Source: a virus (taxonomy: Duplodnaviria; Heunggongvirae; Uroviricota; Caudoviricetes). Taken from it: a stretch of DNA of 64,000 nt. Both the position numbers and the translations under genes were made by a program. The first letter of the stretch is position 1. Each line of letters begins with the position of its first letter. The notes below the pieces were generated by a model. That model saw only the letters and a list, made by a program, of their open reading frames with translations. It made no database searches and was not told the DNA's origin. This document shows positions 29,958 through 40,147 of this stretch, one piece after another. Where the stretch lies: the IMG/VR virus record IMGVR_UViG_3300025682_000004, one strand, 5' to 3'.

Positions 29958-31489
29958 TTATATCCATTCATTCTTTTTAATAATCCGTAAAAAGATTCAT
30001 TTAATTTATTTTTATTTTGTTCTAAAACATCAAGATATTCATCTTCAACACCCAAAATTTTTGCAACATCTATTGGTGCAACTTTTTTTGCTGGTCTTAA
30101 TTTAATATTATTATCACTTTCTGTGACAACTTCCAGTTGTTTATTAATATAATTTAATAATAAATTAACAACACCAGTTACCGTATCAAACACTCTAATC
30201 ATTGCATCTTTATCAGCACCCCAAATTGCAACATAATTGAAAGATGTTGTTTTTAAATCAAAACCATATGATGCCAATATCATCCATGCAGATAATTCTG
30301 CTTGTTGTTCTACTAATTCACGACCTTCAGAAGTACCAACAAAATATCGGGCAAATTCAGATTTTTTATTTTTTAAATATGTTTGATGTAACAATTCATG
30401 GCTTATTTCATGTGCTAATGTTTTAGTAATACCAACATCATTACCTTCATTTTTTAATAATTTAATATATCCACCACCACTAGAACCCCTAGCACCACCC
30501 AAATCATCCACCATTCTTATTTCAATACCGTTATCATTACAAAAATTTAATAATGCATTATAAATGGGTTTAACTTCTTCAGAAATCATATCTTCCTCAA
30601 ACCATTTAATTTCATTAAAATTTTCATAATCACCCAATAAATTTTCTTTACCTTCCATTTGTTTTGTGTTAGATACATCATAAACAGGAGTATATTCAAA
30701 ATTATGTTTAACAAATTTACCACGTAATTCAACACCCAATCTTTCTTTTTCACCAGCATTTAAATCTTCATATTTTTTCTTATTAACAGAAATTAAAAAA
30801 TTTTTAATAATTTTAACCTTTTCTTCTTTACTATATTGTCTTAATGCACTTTTAGCGGGTGAACAAATTATCATTCTTTTAGTTTTATCAATAATTTCCC
30901 TATTAAATTTATTCCAATTATATTCACTTTTTACTAATCTTGCTTCTGGGTTTTGTAACCAAATAAGTATTGAATTCCTAAAACTATATTGATGACCTTG
31001 TGCGTTTTTAAAACTACTTATAATTTGCATTGTTTTTTTAAATTCTTCATCATTATCAAGATTAACAATTGTTTCTTTAAATCCATTAAGTTTATCGATA
31101 ATTTTCTTTTTTTCTTCATCTGTTATAGTACCATCTTCGATATTCGATGATGTTTCTGCTGATTTTATTTCACCCACAATATCATCTAACGATGCTATTA
31201 AAGATGCTTTGCTATCATCTTCCGATGCCCCTTCCAATCCATGTACTTCTTTTAACGCTGGTTCAATAAAACGCTTGTAAACATTTCTCCATTGGTCTTC
31301 TGTTTTTCCAATATACCAAAACCAAAATTTTCCATTAGAATCCCATTTAGCACCATGTTTTTTAAATATATCTTTATATTTAAATGTTTCTGTGTTTTCA
31401 GGTAAATTGGGGTCTATATATGCAATAGGATTTCCTTTTAAATCATACTTTTTACTAACTTTAAATGCTTCATTTAGAATTTTTTTCAT
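29954..31489 (-). CDS. ArdC-like ssDNA-binding/zincin-like metallopeptidase protein
   Basis: HQYSFRNSILIWLQNP (ArdC-N-like), PVYDVSNT, KTLAHEISHELLH (HExxH), EQQAELSAW. Confidence 0.75.
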   Translation of the reverse strand: MKKILNEAFKVSKKYDLKGNPIAYIDPNLPENTETFKYKDIFKKHGAKWDSNGKFWFWYIGKTEDQWRNVYKRFIEPALKEVHGLEGASEDDSKASLIASLDDIVGEIKSAETSSNIEDGTITDEEKKKIIDKLNGFKETIVNLDNDEEFKKTMQIISSFKNAQGHQYSFRNSILIWLQNPEARLVKSEYNWNKFNREIIDKTKRMIICSPAKSALRQYSKEEKVKIIKNFLISVNKKKYEDLNAGEKERLGVELRGKFVKHNFEYTPVYDVSNTKQMEGKENLLGDYENFNEIKWFEEDMISEEVKPIYNALLNFCNDNGIEIRMVDDLGGARGSSGGGYIKLLKNEGNDVGITKTLAHEISHELLHQTYLKNKKSEFARYFVGTSEGRELVEQQAELSAWMILASYGFDLKTTSFNYVAIWGADKDAMIRVFDTVTGVVNLLLNYINKQLEVVTESDNNIKLRPAKKVAPIDVAKILGVEDEYLDVLEQNKNKLNESFYGLLKRMNGYK

Positions 31490-31658
31490 TAATATTAATA
31501 TTTAAATCAGTGTTATTTTTTTCGTTTTCAAAATCACTATTCATAAAATCATTGTAAGTGGTTTTTAAACTTTCATCAATGAGAATACTTTTATATTCTT
31601 TTTCAACACCTAACACTTTTGCAATATTTAAAGGTGTAATTAATTTTGCTTGTTTCAT
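31470..31658 (-). CDS. Small protein paralogous to the C-terminal tail of the ArdC-like protein
   Basis: KQAKLITPLNIAKVLGVEKEY versus RPAKKVAPIDVAKILGVEDEY. Confidence 0.55.
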   Translation of the reverse strand: MKQAKLITPLNIAKVLGVEKEYKSILIDESLKTTYNDFMNSDFENEKNNTDLNININEKNSK

Positions 31659-31718
31659 AATAAATACTTTTAATAATTATTTAACTATATACGAAAATAA
31701 TAAAAAAATGTTACAATA

Positions 31719-33764
31719 TCAACCTGTTGATTCAATAAATTCAATTTGTTTTACTGGTATTTTTTCTGGTGTTTCATATCTTTTTGATGATGCACGATGT
31801 GTATAACAAAAAAAGCCCCTTTTATCCGCACCTAATGAAACACCATTAGATTTTTTTGTTTTATTTAAAAATTCTTCAGGTTTATTCAATCCTAAAACAA
31901 TACCACCATAAGAAGGAATTGTTTTATATGTACTACCACCACCCAAATATTGTAAAATTCTTTCTTTCATTTCTTTTGATATTGTTTTGGATTTTAATAT
32001 TGATTCTTTTGTTCTACTATATTTAGATTTTTTTTCTTCATTCAAAGAATTTAAATTTAAAATATCTTTATTCTTATTTTTATCTGAATACACCAATTTA
32101 TTACCAAATAATGAATATGTTTTTTTTAATTTTTTTATGTATTTTTTTCCCATACCCCTTTTCACATAAGAAATTGTCATATGTGGTTTATAATCTGAAT
32201 AATCTGATGTATGTGGAAATTTTTTAATAAATTTATTAATTTCAACTAAATCATCAGAATCAACATCAAATTTCACAACATCATAATCAGAATTTTCAAA
32301 AATTGAAATTTCATTTATTTTTATTTCTATTGGTTTTAAATTAAAATTGTTTTTTATTTCATCAAAAAGAACATTTGGTTTAACATCATCATGAAACCCA
32401 TATAATATTGTAACATGTGGTTCATTTTCAATACCATATCCATCTAAATCGTAAATATCTTCTTTTTTTATTAATGATGTGATATAATTCCATTTAGGTA
32501 TATCAAAAAACAACATTAAACAACCATACTCAATGTTATCATTTTTTTTGACTTCATTAATAAATTTCTTTTGTTTTAAAAAATCAACTAATTCTTCTTT
32601 ATTATTATTAATTTTATCAGAATAAATATTTAATAATAAATTCTTCATGGCATTTCCAATTTCAATACCTTTTAATCCTAAACTAATTAAATCATTACCA
32701 TTTATAGCAAGTTCAATTGTTGTTTTAGGATATTTACCATTTAACAATTCTTGACATGCATTTTTTAATATATCTGGTATAATTTGACTTTTTAATGTTT
32801 GAGGTGAAATTACATACATATTATGTGCAATCATTCTTGCTTCTACATTATTTGTAATTTCTTTTGAAAAGGCTTGTTCCAACCCTTTAATTTCTTTATA
32901 TGTGTTAATATCACCCTTTAAATCATTTTTATAAAAATCAGATGCTATTTTAGTTGAATTATTAGACAATAAAAAAATAAATTCACCAAGAGTTTTTACA
33001 TTATTCCATATTTTATCATCTTTACGATATATTTTAATTTTACCACTTATATTACCAAAAATTTCTTTTAACAACCCACTTTGTTTAAGTAATAATGCAC
33101 CAATTTTACAATCACCTTTAGTTACAATTTTTTCAAGTTCAATCAATATTCTTTCTGGACTAATTTCCTTAATTCTACCCACATTATCCCTAATCATTTT
33201 CATTGTCATTGGTTCTATTACATATTTAAAACGACTTCCAAAACTAATCATTCTTAACATTCTAAGTGGGTCGTCTTTAAATGCATCAGGATTTGCAGCA
33301 GAAATTTGTCTATTTTCAATATCTTTTAAACCACCCAAAGGGTCAATAAATTTACTATTATTAATATTTATTGCCATTGCATTAAATTTAGCATCACGTC
33401 TTATTAAATCATCTTCAATTGATAAATTAGGATTGCTTTGAATATCAAACCCACGATAACCACCTTCACCACTTGGTCTTTCTTTTCTAGGTAATGCAAT
33501 ATCATAATCAATACCACTACCATCATTAAATTTAATAACACCAAACGATTTACCAACAATATCAACTTTACCGAAATTTTCTAATATTTCTATAATTTTA
33601 TCGATAGATAAATTACGAATAACTAAATCTATATCCTTGTTTGGTTTATTTAATATTAAATCTCTAACAACACCACCGACTAAATAAACATCACCACCAT
33701 TATTAATTAATTCTTCTATAAATGGTTTTTGTTTAATTTTATTTATGAAATTTCTTATTTTCAT
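31719..33764 (-). CDS. CCA-adding/poly(A) polymerase family nucleotidyltransferase fused to a 2H phosphoesterase (Acb1/gp57B-like) and a C-terminal domain
   Basis: LVGGVVRD..L...KDIDL, DYDIALPRKE, DDLIRRDAKFNAMA, DPLGG, DDPLRMLR; 2H motifs PHVTILYG and KPHMTISY. Confidence 0.88.
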   Translation of the reverse strand: MKIRNFINKIKQKPFIEELINNGGDVYLVGGVVRDLILNKPNKDIDLVIRNLSIDKIIEILENFGKVDIVGKSFGVIKFNDGSGIDYDIALPRKERPSGEGGYRGFDIQSNPNLSIEDDLIRRDAKFNAMAININNSKFIDPLGGLKDIENRQISAANPDAFKDDPLRMLRMISFGSRFKYVIEPMTMKMIRDNVGRIKEISPERILIELEKIVTKGDCKIGALLLKQSGLLKEIFGNISGKIKIYRKDDKIWNNVKTLGEFIFLLSNNSTKIASDFYKNDLKGDINTYKEIKGLEQAFSKEITNNVEARMIAHNMYVISPQTLKSQIIPDILKNACQELLNGKYPKTTIELAINGNDLISLGLKGIEIGNAMKNLLLNIYSDKINNNKEELVDFLKQKKFINEVKKNDNIEYGCLMLFFDIPKWNYITSLIKKEDIYDLDGYGIENEPHVTILYGFHDDVKPNVLFDEIKNNFNLKPIEIKINEISIFENSDYDVVKFDVDSDDLVEINKFIKKFPHTSDYSDYKPHMTISYVKRGMGKKYIKKLKKTYSLFGNKLVYSDKNKNKDILNLNSLNEEKKSKYSRTKESILKSKTISKEMKERILQYLGGGSTYKTIPSYGGIVLGLNKPEEFLNKTKKSNGVSLGADKRGFFCYTHRASSKRYETPEKIPVKQIEFIESTG

Positions 33765-33765
33765 T

Positions 33766-36700
33766 TTAATTTATTGATAATAATTTTGCTTCTTGTATGT
33801 TTTTTATTATATTTAGATTTGATTCTTTCATACTTTCATGTATGTTTCTTATTGATTTGTTTGAAAACAAAAAGAAATATAAATCTTCTTTATTTTCATC
33901 CATTTTAAAAACATAATAATTATTATGTTCAGAATTACCAATATCACAATATATTTGAGATTCTGGTTTTTTTATTGTATTAACATATCCACCCAATATA
34001 ATTTCTCTAAACCTTTTTTTGTTCAATGTTTGAATATCTAATATATCACCAAGACTACCACCAGAATTAAAAACTATTCTTGTATAACCATCATTAATAG
34101 CCATATCGTATATTTTTTTTGTTTCATCAAAATCATAATTATTTTTATATTTAATACGATATATATTCAACATTACTTGTAAATGACCACCTTCTATAAA
34201 TTTACCATCTGGTGTAATCCATCCAACATGGTCACGTATTGGTACTAAAATTTTACTATCTGTTAAATTCTCATTCATTGTTGACCCACTATATCTTTGT
34301 GAATAATCTTTTCGAATATGTGGATATTTTTTATAAATATATCTTAAAATAGAATCATTTGTATAACCCAATAATCTTCCAATTATATAGGCTTCTTTTG
34401 GTGTTTTATCTGAAAGATATCCACCATGTGATTTCATTATATCATGTAACATATTTGCTTGTTTTTCATACCCATCACAATATATTATTGATGTATTTGC
34501 ATTTTGTTGTTCTTGTTTTACAGGTATTATATTTAAACCCGAATTAATCACAAAATTTTTTAGATTTTGGTTCTTATGAAAAGACACCAATCCAACATTT
34601 CTTTTTCCATTAATAATTGTCATTATCGCACCTTCAACATCATATGCTTCACTTGCATCAATTTCTTCATTAATATTATTGGAAAATCTATAAAAAATTT
34701 CTTCAATTGGTTTAATAATTAAATTGTTAATATCGCCTTGATTACAAGCAATACTTTTATTTCCCAAACCACCTAATTTACATTTCTTTTTTACTTCAAC
34801 ACTACTACTATCCTTCATTGCAGAAATTTGCCTTTCCGATAATTCATTAGTGTTTCTTATGATATTATTATCTATTGGGTCTGAACTATCAATTTGATTA
34901 TATGTTGGTTTATTATCATCACTCACAGTATTTGTTGTAGAATATAAAGAAGAACCACCAAAAACTTCATCAATTTCAATATTTTGTAAATTATTAGGAA
35001 CTAAAAAACCATCACCAAAACCAATATCAAAAAAACCTAATTTTCCATCTTTTTTATATCCTAAATTTTTCCAATTATAAAAATCCAAACTAGATATTCC
35101 CAATTCATGACATTCTTTTGCAATTTCTGTTATTTCACGAAAAAAATCAACATCTTCGGGATTTTTTTTAAAATAATTATAAATATCAATTTTTCTAATC
35201 CAACCCGAATTAAATCCTAAATATTCTTCAACCACTTCAGAAACATCAACATTAAATAATTTAGAAAAAACATAATTTAAACGATTGTATTTTCTTTCAA
35301 TTTCTGAAGTAACTTTTAATTTTTCTAATAATATCGCATATGTTTCTGGTATTTTTTCTGTTTTTGATTTTATTTCATATACATTATATGGTTTTGCAAT
35401 TCTTTCTAAATTTTTACCAATTAAATTAAAATTTTCAACGGCTTCACTTCTATCTTTAGTTATTTTCAAAATCATATTATTATTAACTTCATAGGCAACA
35501 CCAAAATTACCACCATCAATATACTTTAAATTTTTTAAATTAAGTTTATTAACAACTTGATTTGCAATTCTATTTGCAAGATTTATATCATATGTTTCAT
35601 TAATAACGTTTTCATTTTCTGGCAACAAAATTAAAAATTTTTCAAGATTAGGTTCATTCGCACGATAATCACCAAAATCAAAAAATTTTAACACACCATT
35701 TTCATCATATCCTATATTTTCAGGATTACCATAATCATTAGACTTAATACCCAAATCCATTAATTCTTTTTTTATTAATAATATACCCATCATATAATTA
35801 TATGCTGCTTTTCTTGTTTCAATTGGAATATCTGCTTCTTTATTTTGATTTAAAATTCCACCTAATAAATTTTTTATTTCATTCATATCATTGTAATCAA
35901 AATTTCTTTTTTTCATTTTAATTAAAAAATCAGCAGTTGACATATTATTTGGTTTAATTTTATCTATTGCTCTATAATATGAATAAAATATTTCTTTTGG
36001 TTTATTTTCAATATTTTCTTCAATAATTCCATAAAACGACATATTATTTTCAGTATCAACTATTTTATAAACATTATATACCCAAACTATGTTTTTAGGA
36101 TTATTTCTTCTTAAAATAGATGCCCCATCTGCTTCACCAACATCTGTTGTTAATTTAAAAACATTACCATCACTAATTATAAAAGCATAACCATATGAAC
36201 CACCTTTCAATGATTTTACTATTGTAAAACCTAACTTTTTACCAACTTCCGATACAATTTCTTTAGCATAATTTTCATCCTTTATTGAAAATTTCTTAAC
36301 TGGTGGAATATTATCTAATTTAACATTTTTAAAATCATATTCTTCATGAAGTTCTATTTTATCTCTATTATAACAATTTTGGGATATTAAATATTCTTGA
36401 AGTTTTAAAAATTTTTCAAAAAATTGTTTTTTGTTTTTAACACTGTCTAATGTTTCGTTCAAATTATTAATACAATTATAAAATTCATCACACAACACGC
36501 CAATATTAGATACTGGTTTATTCGGATATTCATTTCTATTTTCGACAAAAGAAATAAAACGTTCATTTATTTCACCATTACCACTTCCAATATCTTGAGG
36601 TATTAATGCCCAATTACTATATTTAATATCGTTTGTTCCATTGTCATCTGATAATATATCATCATTACCATCATTAAAATTATAAAGTTCATACATTTTA

Positions 36701-37323
36701 ATTTTTTGTTTCCTATTTGGACTATAATGTGTGTCATAAACTTCTTTATTTAAACCATAATCTACCATAACAATCTTTGGTTTACCATTACGCATTACCT
36801 CACCAAACGTACTAGGTCTATTAGTATCACCTAAACCAATACCAAAACAATACATTAAATTTGTTAAATCAATTACAAAATCATTATTTGACAATTTATC
36901 AATATCAGATTGGTCAATTTTATAAATTCTTTTTTTGTTTTCATTTTCCAATTCTTTATTCACCAAATATTGAGATAATAACCATAAATTTGGAATTCCT
37001 GTTAATTCTTTTATTCTTTTTTCGGTCACTTTTTTAGCCTTTTCTGATATAATCCAAGTATAATCATCAGAAAATTCAAAAACCATTGTTATAATATCCT
37101 TAAAATCATAATTTTTACCTAAATCAAACTCTACATTATTTTGTGCAACACCTTTTTGATTTTTTGCTAATTTTAATACTTTAGTATCGTTTAATTCATA
37201 TACAATTCTACCACTACCACCACCAATTCTTGTTAAATTATTATCTGCATATTTTATTCTATTAGCAAAACTATTGATATTATTTAATTCCTTTAAAAAA
37301 TTAGAGATTTTAAATTCATTCAT
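33766..37323 (-). CDS. Multidomain protein with three tandem protein-kinase-like domains
   Basis: Three sets of Gly-loop/Lys/catalytic-Asp/DFG motifs: GGGSGR..VLK..GD..DYG; GGSYG..VFK..ND.GNPEN..DFG; GGNFG..ILK..LD.YNWKN..DIG. Confidence 0.8.
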   Translation of the reverse strand: MNEFKISNFLKELNNINSFANRIKYADNNLTRIGGGSGRIVYELNDTKVLKLAKNQKGVAQNNVEFDLGKNYDFKDIITMVFEFSDDYTWIISEKAKKVTEKRIKELTGIPNLWLLSQYLVNKELENENKKRIYKIDQSDIDKLSNNDFVIDLTNLMYCFGIGLGDTNRPSTFGEVMRNGKPKIVMVDYGLNKEVYDTHYSPNRKQKIKMYELYNFNDGNDDILSDDNGTNDIKYSNWALIPQDIGSGNGEINERFISFVENRNEYPNKPVSNIGVLCDEFYNCINNLNETLDSVKNKKQFFEKFLKLQEYLISQNCYNRDKIELHEEYDFKNVKLDNIPPVKKFSIKDENYAKEIVSEVGKKLGFTIVKSLKGGSYGYAFIISDGNVFKLTTDVGEADGASILRRNNPKNIVWVYNVYKIVDTENNMSFYGIIEENIENKPKEIFYSYYRAIDKIKPNNMSTADFLIKMKKRNFDYNDMNEIKNLLGGILNQNKEADIPIETRKAAYNYMMGILLIKKELMDLGIKSNDYGNPENIGYDENGVLKFFDFGDYRANEPNLEKFLILLPENENVINETYDINLANRIANQVVNKLNLKNLKYIDGGNFGVAYEVNNNMILKITKDRSEAVENFNLIGKNLERIAKPYNVYEIKSKTEKIPETYAILLEKLKVTSEIERKYNRLNYVFSKLFNVDVSEVVEEYLGFNSGWIRKIDIYNYFKKNPEDVDFFREITEIAKECHELGISSLDFYNWKNLGYKKDGKLGFFDIGFGDGFLVPNNLQNIEIDEVFGGSSLYSTTNTVSDDNKPTYNQIDSSDPIDNNIIRNTNELSERQISAMKDSSSVEVKKKCKLGGLGNKSIACNQGDINNLIIKPIEEIFYRFSNNINEEIDASEAYDVEGAIMTIINGKRNVGLVSFHKNQNLKNFVINSGLNIIPVKQEQQNANTSIIYCDGYEKQANMLHDIMKSHGGYLSDKTPKEAYIIGRLLGYTNDSILRYIYKKYPHIRKDYSQRYSGSTMNENLTDSKILVPIRDHVGWITPDGKFIEGGHLQVMLNIYRIKYKNNYDFDETKKIYDMAINDGYTRIVFNSGGSLGDILDIQTLNKKRFREIILGGYVNTIKKPESQIYCDIGNSEHNNYYVFKMDENKEDLYFFLFSNKSIRNIHESMKESNLNIIKNIQEAKLLSIN

Positions 37324-37397
37324 ATTATTATAATAATTATATTAATAAATAGTTACTTACTTTAACGAAAACATTTTTTTTATAATTATAATAAAAA

Positions 37398-37429
37398 AAA
37401 ATCCATTTAATATAAATTAAACGGATTTT
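37398..37429 (-). terminator. Intrinsic terminator
   Basis: AAAATCCGTTTAAT-loop-ATTAAATGGATTTT on the minus strand (one G-U pair), followed by a T-run. Confidence 0.65.
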
Positions 37430-37449
37430 ATTGTTTTAAATAAAATATT

Positions 37450-38082
37450 TTATTTTGGTTTTGTTCTTTTTTGAAGTTCACGTATTACATCATAAACAAT
37501 TTCTTTTATAAGATTTTTATTCTCTTTTAATACTTCTTTTATTCTTTCAACAGCATATAATTCAACTATTGTACTTTTTATTGTTTCCTCAACAATTGGT
37601 GTAAAACTTTCAAGTAAATGATTATCAATAATTCCTTTAATTTTTTGATTTAATAAATCATCGTTAATTTGTGGAAATGAAGGTTGCTGATTTTTATTTA
37701 ATGAATATTGAGAATATTTTTCTAGTGAATTTGCCAATGTTTGATTATTTCTCCTTTCTATTTCTTTCCACAAATCATCATCACGTTCCATATCATTTTC
37801 TTTTGAAAAAATAAAAGGTTGATGTGTTTGTTTCTGATTATTAAAATTCGTATCAAAATTTTCATTAATTGGTAACATTGTTTTTTCATTCTTTTTTTCC
37901 GAAACCAAATTATGAACTCTTTTCACTAATACTGAAGCATTAGTTTCTTTTCCACTATCAACCGATTCATATAATTCTGTTAAAAATTTATTACGTGGAT
38001 TTACATTACTAGATGTTAAATTCAAATCATTCTTTCTATTTGATATTTTTTCTTTTAATTTATTTAAATCGTGTTTATTCAT
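37450..38082 (-). CDS. Hypothetical protein
   Basis: 210-aa helical ORF. Confidence 0.65.
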   Translation of the reverse strand: MNKHDLNKLKEKISNRKNDLNLTSSNVNPRNKFLTELYESVDSGKETNASVLVKRVHNLVSEKKNEKTMLPINENFDTNFNNQKQTHQPFIFSKENDMERDDDLWKEIERRNNQTLANSLEKYSQYSLNKNQQPSFPQINDDLLNQKIKGIIDNHLLESFTPIVEETIKSTIVELYAVERIKEVLKENKNLIKEIVYDVIRELQKRTKPK

Positions 38083-38118
38083 AACAAAAATATAAAAAAT
38101 TATTATTTTTTATAAATA

Positions 38119-39060
38119 CTATAAATTTTTGAAAAGTGTTGTTTTTTTATATGGTATTGTTGATATGTTTTCAATTTCATTAACGTTTAACGATTTTTTT
38201 GAAACTTCTTTTTTTATTTTATTTAATTTCTCAATATATCTTCTATCATCAACCTGTTTTTTATTAATAAAAACATCTGATAAATATGGTAAATCACCAA
38301 TTATTGCACTATCAGGTATTTTATATCTATCTTTATCTTTAATTGTTATAAGTTGATAATTTTTTTTATCATCAACAACAACTAAATAGTTACTCAATTT
38401 TCTTTTATGAAATCTACTAACCAAATCACGCAATTTAATAACATCATTTCTCGTTATTTGGACTGAATTTTTATTACCCCTTCTAATACTATCCCATTTT
38501 TCTTTATTTAATTCACTTGGTTTCTTTTCAACACCATAAAATTCTTTATCATATTTATATTCAAAATCTGGTTGGTTTTTTGTTGAAACATAGGCATCAA
38601 TTGAACTCATATTATCATCACCACCTTCATGATATCCCTGTGGAATCATTACCAAACCATTAGAATCATGAAATTTTTTACCCGTTGGTAATATTTTTAT
38701 TATATTTTCAACATTAAACATTCTCCAACCAGGTTTATTACCTTCACTATCAACCCAAAAATCATGATTTTTACTATCTTTTCTAGTAGGTCTTTTATCA
38801 AAATGCCAACTATTTTTAGGATTGTCTTGCCATGCTCTAATCACTTTTTTTCCTGATGTTTTATGTGTACCTAAAACATATATTCTAACTGTTCTAAATT
38901 CCTTTGCCTTTCTATCATTATCAGCATCATAATATAAATAAACCCATTCATGATTATTAATAGCATTAATGATATCATTTTCACTAACACCTTCAGTTAA
39001 AAGATTTTTTAATCTTTTAATGTTATTAAATAATATTTTTACTTCAGATATCATTAACAA
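38119..39060 (-). CDS. WYL-like domain protein
   Basis: VYLYYD...FRTVRIYVLG...VIRAWQ...GWRMFNVENI matches the WYL/SH3-fold pattern. Confidence 0.6.
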   Translation of the reverse strand: MLMISEVKILFNNIKRLKNLLTEGVSENDIINAINNHEWVYLYYDADNDRKAKEFRTVRIYVLGTHKTSGKKVIRAWQDNPKNSWHFDKRPTRKDSKNHDFWVDSEGNKPGWRMFNVENIIKILPTGKKFHDSNGLVMIPQGYHEGGDDNMSSIDAYVSTKNQPDFEYKYDKEFYGVEKKPSELNKEKWDSIRRGNKNSVQITRNDVIKLRDLVSRFHKRKLSNYLVVVDDKKNYQLITIKDKDRYKIPDSAIIGDLPYLSDVFINKKQVDDRRYIEKLNKIKKEVSKKSLNVNEIENISTIPYKKTTLFKNL

Positions 39061-39320
39061 TTATCACAATATAAATAAGAAGATGAATATATATTACCAC
39101 AATTTAATTGACATTTTCTAATAAAAATATCACAGCAATTACCTATATATTTACTATTTTCAGGTTCTCTACCTCTTTCATCCATATTATCAGATTTTGT
39201 ATCTATGTGATTTTCATCATATTTATTACTATTATAATCATATCTACTACAATTATAATTTATGTTACACACACGATAACATTCACTAATTCCAAGTAAA
39301 TTACTATAATTATCTTCCAT
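39054..39320 (-). CDS. Small Cys-rich hypothetical protein
   Basis: 9 Cys in 88 aa; preceded by the TATTTAT motif. Confidence 0.55.
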   Translation of the reverse strand: MEDNYSNLLGISECYRVCNINYNCSRYDYNSNKYDENHIDTKSDNMDERGREPENSKYIGNCCDIFIRKCQLNCGNIYSSSYLYCDNC

Positions 39321-39364
39321 TTTTTTATTTTATTAAATAAATATTATTTTTTTATAAATACTAT

Positions 39365-40147
39365 TTATTCATATTTCTTAAAGGCAATTGTCAAATATTC
39401 TAACAGATGTGGTACTATATCCAAAAAACTAATTTCACTTATATGATACCAACCATAACCATTATGTTCTTCGTTTAAAACAACATTTGTTGGGTCACCC
39501 ATATATTTAGAAATATATATATGTTCAATACTATTTTTATGTCTTTTTATAGAAAACAACCATTTAATATTATCCAAAATTAATTTTGTTTCTTCAAAAA
39601 CTTCTCTTTTTACTGCTTCTTCTGGTGTTTCACCAATTTCAACACCACCACCAACTAATCCCCATTTTGTTGGCATCCATATGTTAGGATTATCACTTCT
39701 TTTTAATAATAATATTTTATTATCCTCATTAAGAATAATAGCAACTGCGTTTTTTTTCAATTCAAATTCACAATAATTCCATTCTTCATTTAATCTAGGG
39801 GTTTTATATGGTTTTAATTCTGAATTTGGTTTTGTCATTACATCTTGTTTAATATTTTTACTCATTTTAACCGCATTTCTATCTGAATTTAATGTACTTT
39901 CAACAAAATTTTTCATTAAAACACCACCAGCAAGTTCATATTGAATATCATTTTTACCATTAGAAACAAAATAATCAAAAAAATTTTTTAATCTTTTTAG
40001 TGTTTGATATGTAATTTCTTTGTTATTTAAAAGAAATTTTGCCCTTTTAATACCAATTCCATTAGGATTTAAAATTAAAACTTTTTTTATGTGATTTAAT
40101 ATTTTTTCTGGTATTTTATATTTTTTATTATATAATTCAGAGTTCAT
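39365..40147 (-). CDS. Two-domain protein with C-terminal Nudix hydrolase
   Basis: Nudix box GGGVEIGETPEEAVKREVFEET. Confidence 0.88.
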   Translation of the reverse strand: MNSELYNKKYKIPEKILNHIKKVLILNPNGIGIKRAKFLLNNKEITYQTLKRLKNFFDYFVSNGKNDIQYELAGGVLMKNFVESTLNSDRNAVKMSKNIKQDVMTKPNSELKPYKTPRLNEEWNYCEFELKKNAVAIILNEDNKILLLKRSDNPNIWMPTKWGLVGGGVEIGETPEEAVKREVFEETKLILDNIKWLFSIKRHKNSIEHIYISKYMGDPTNVVLNEEHNGYGWYHISEISFLDIVPHLLEYLTIAFKKYE

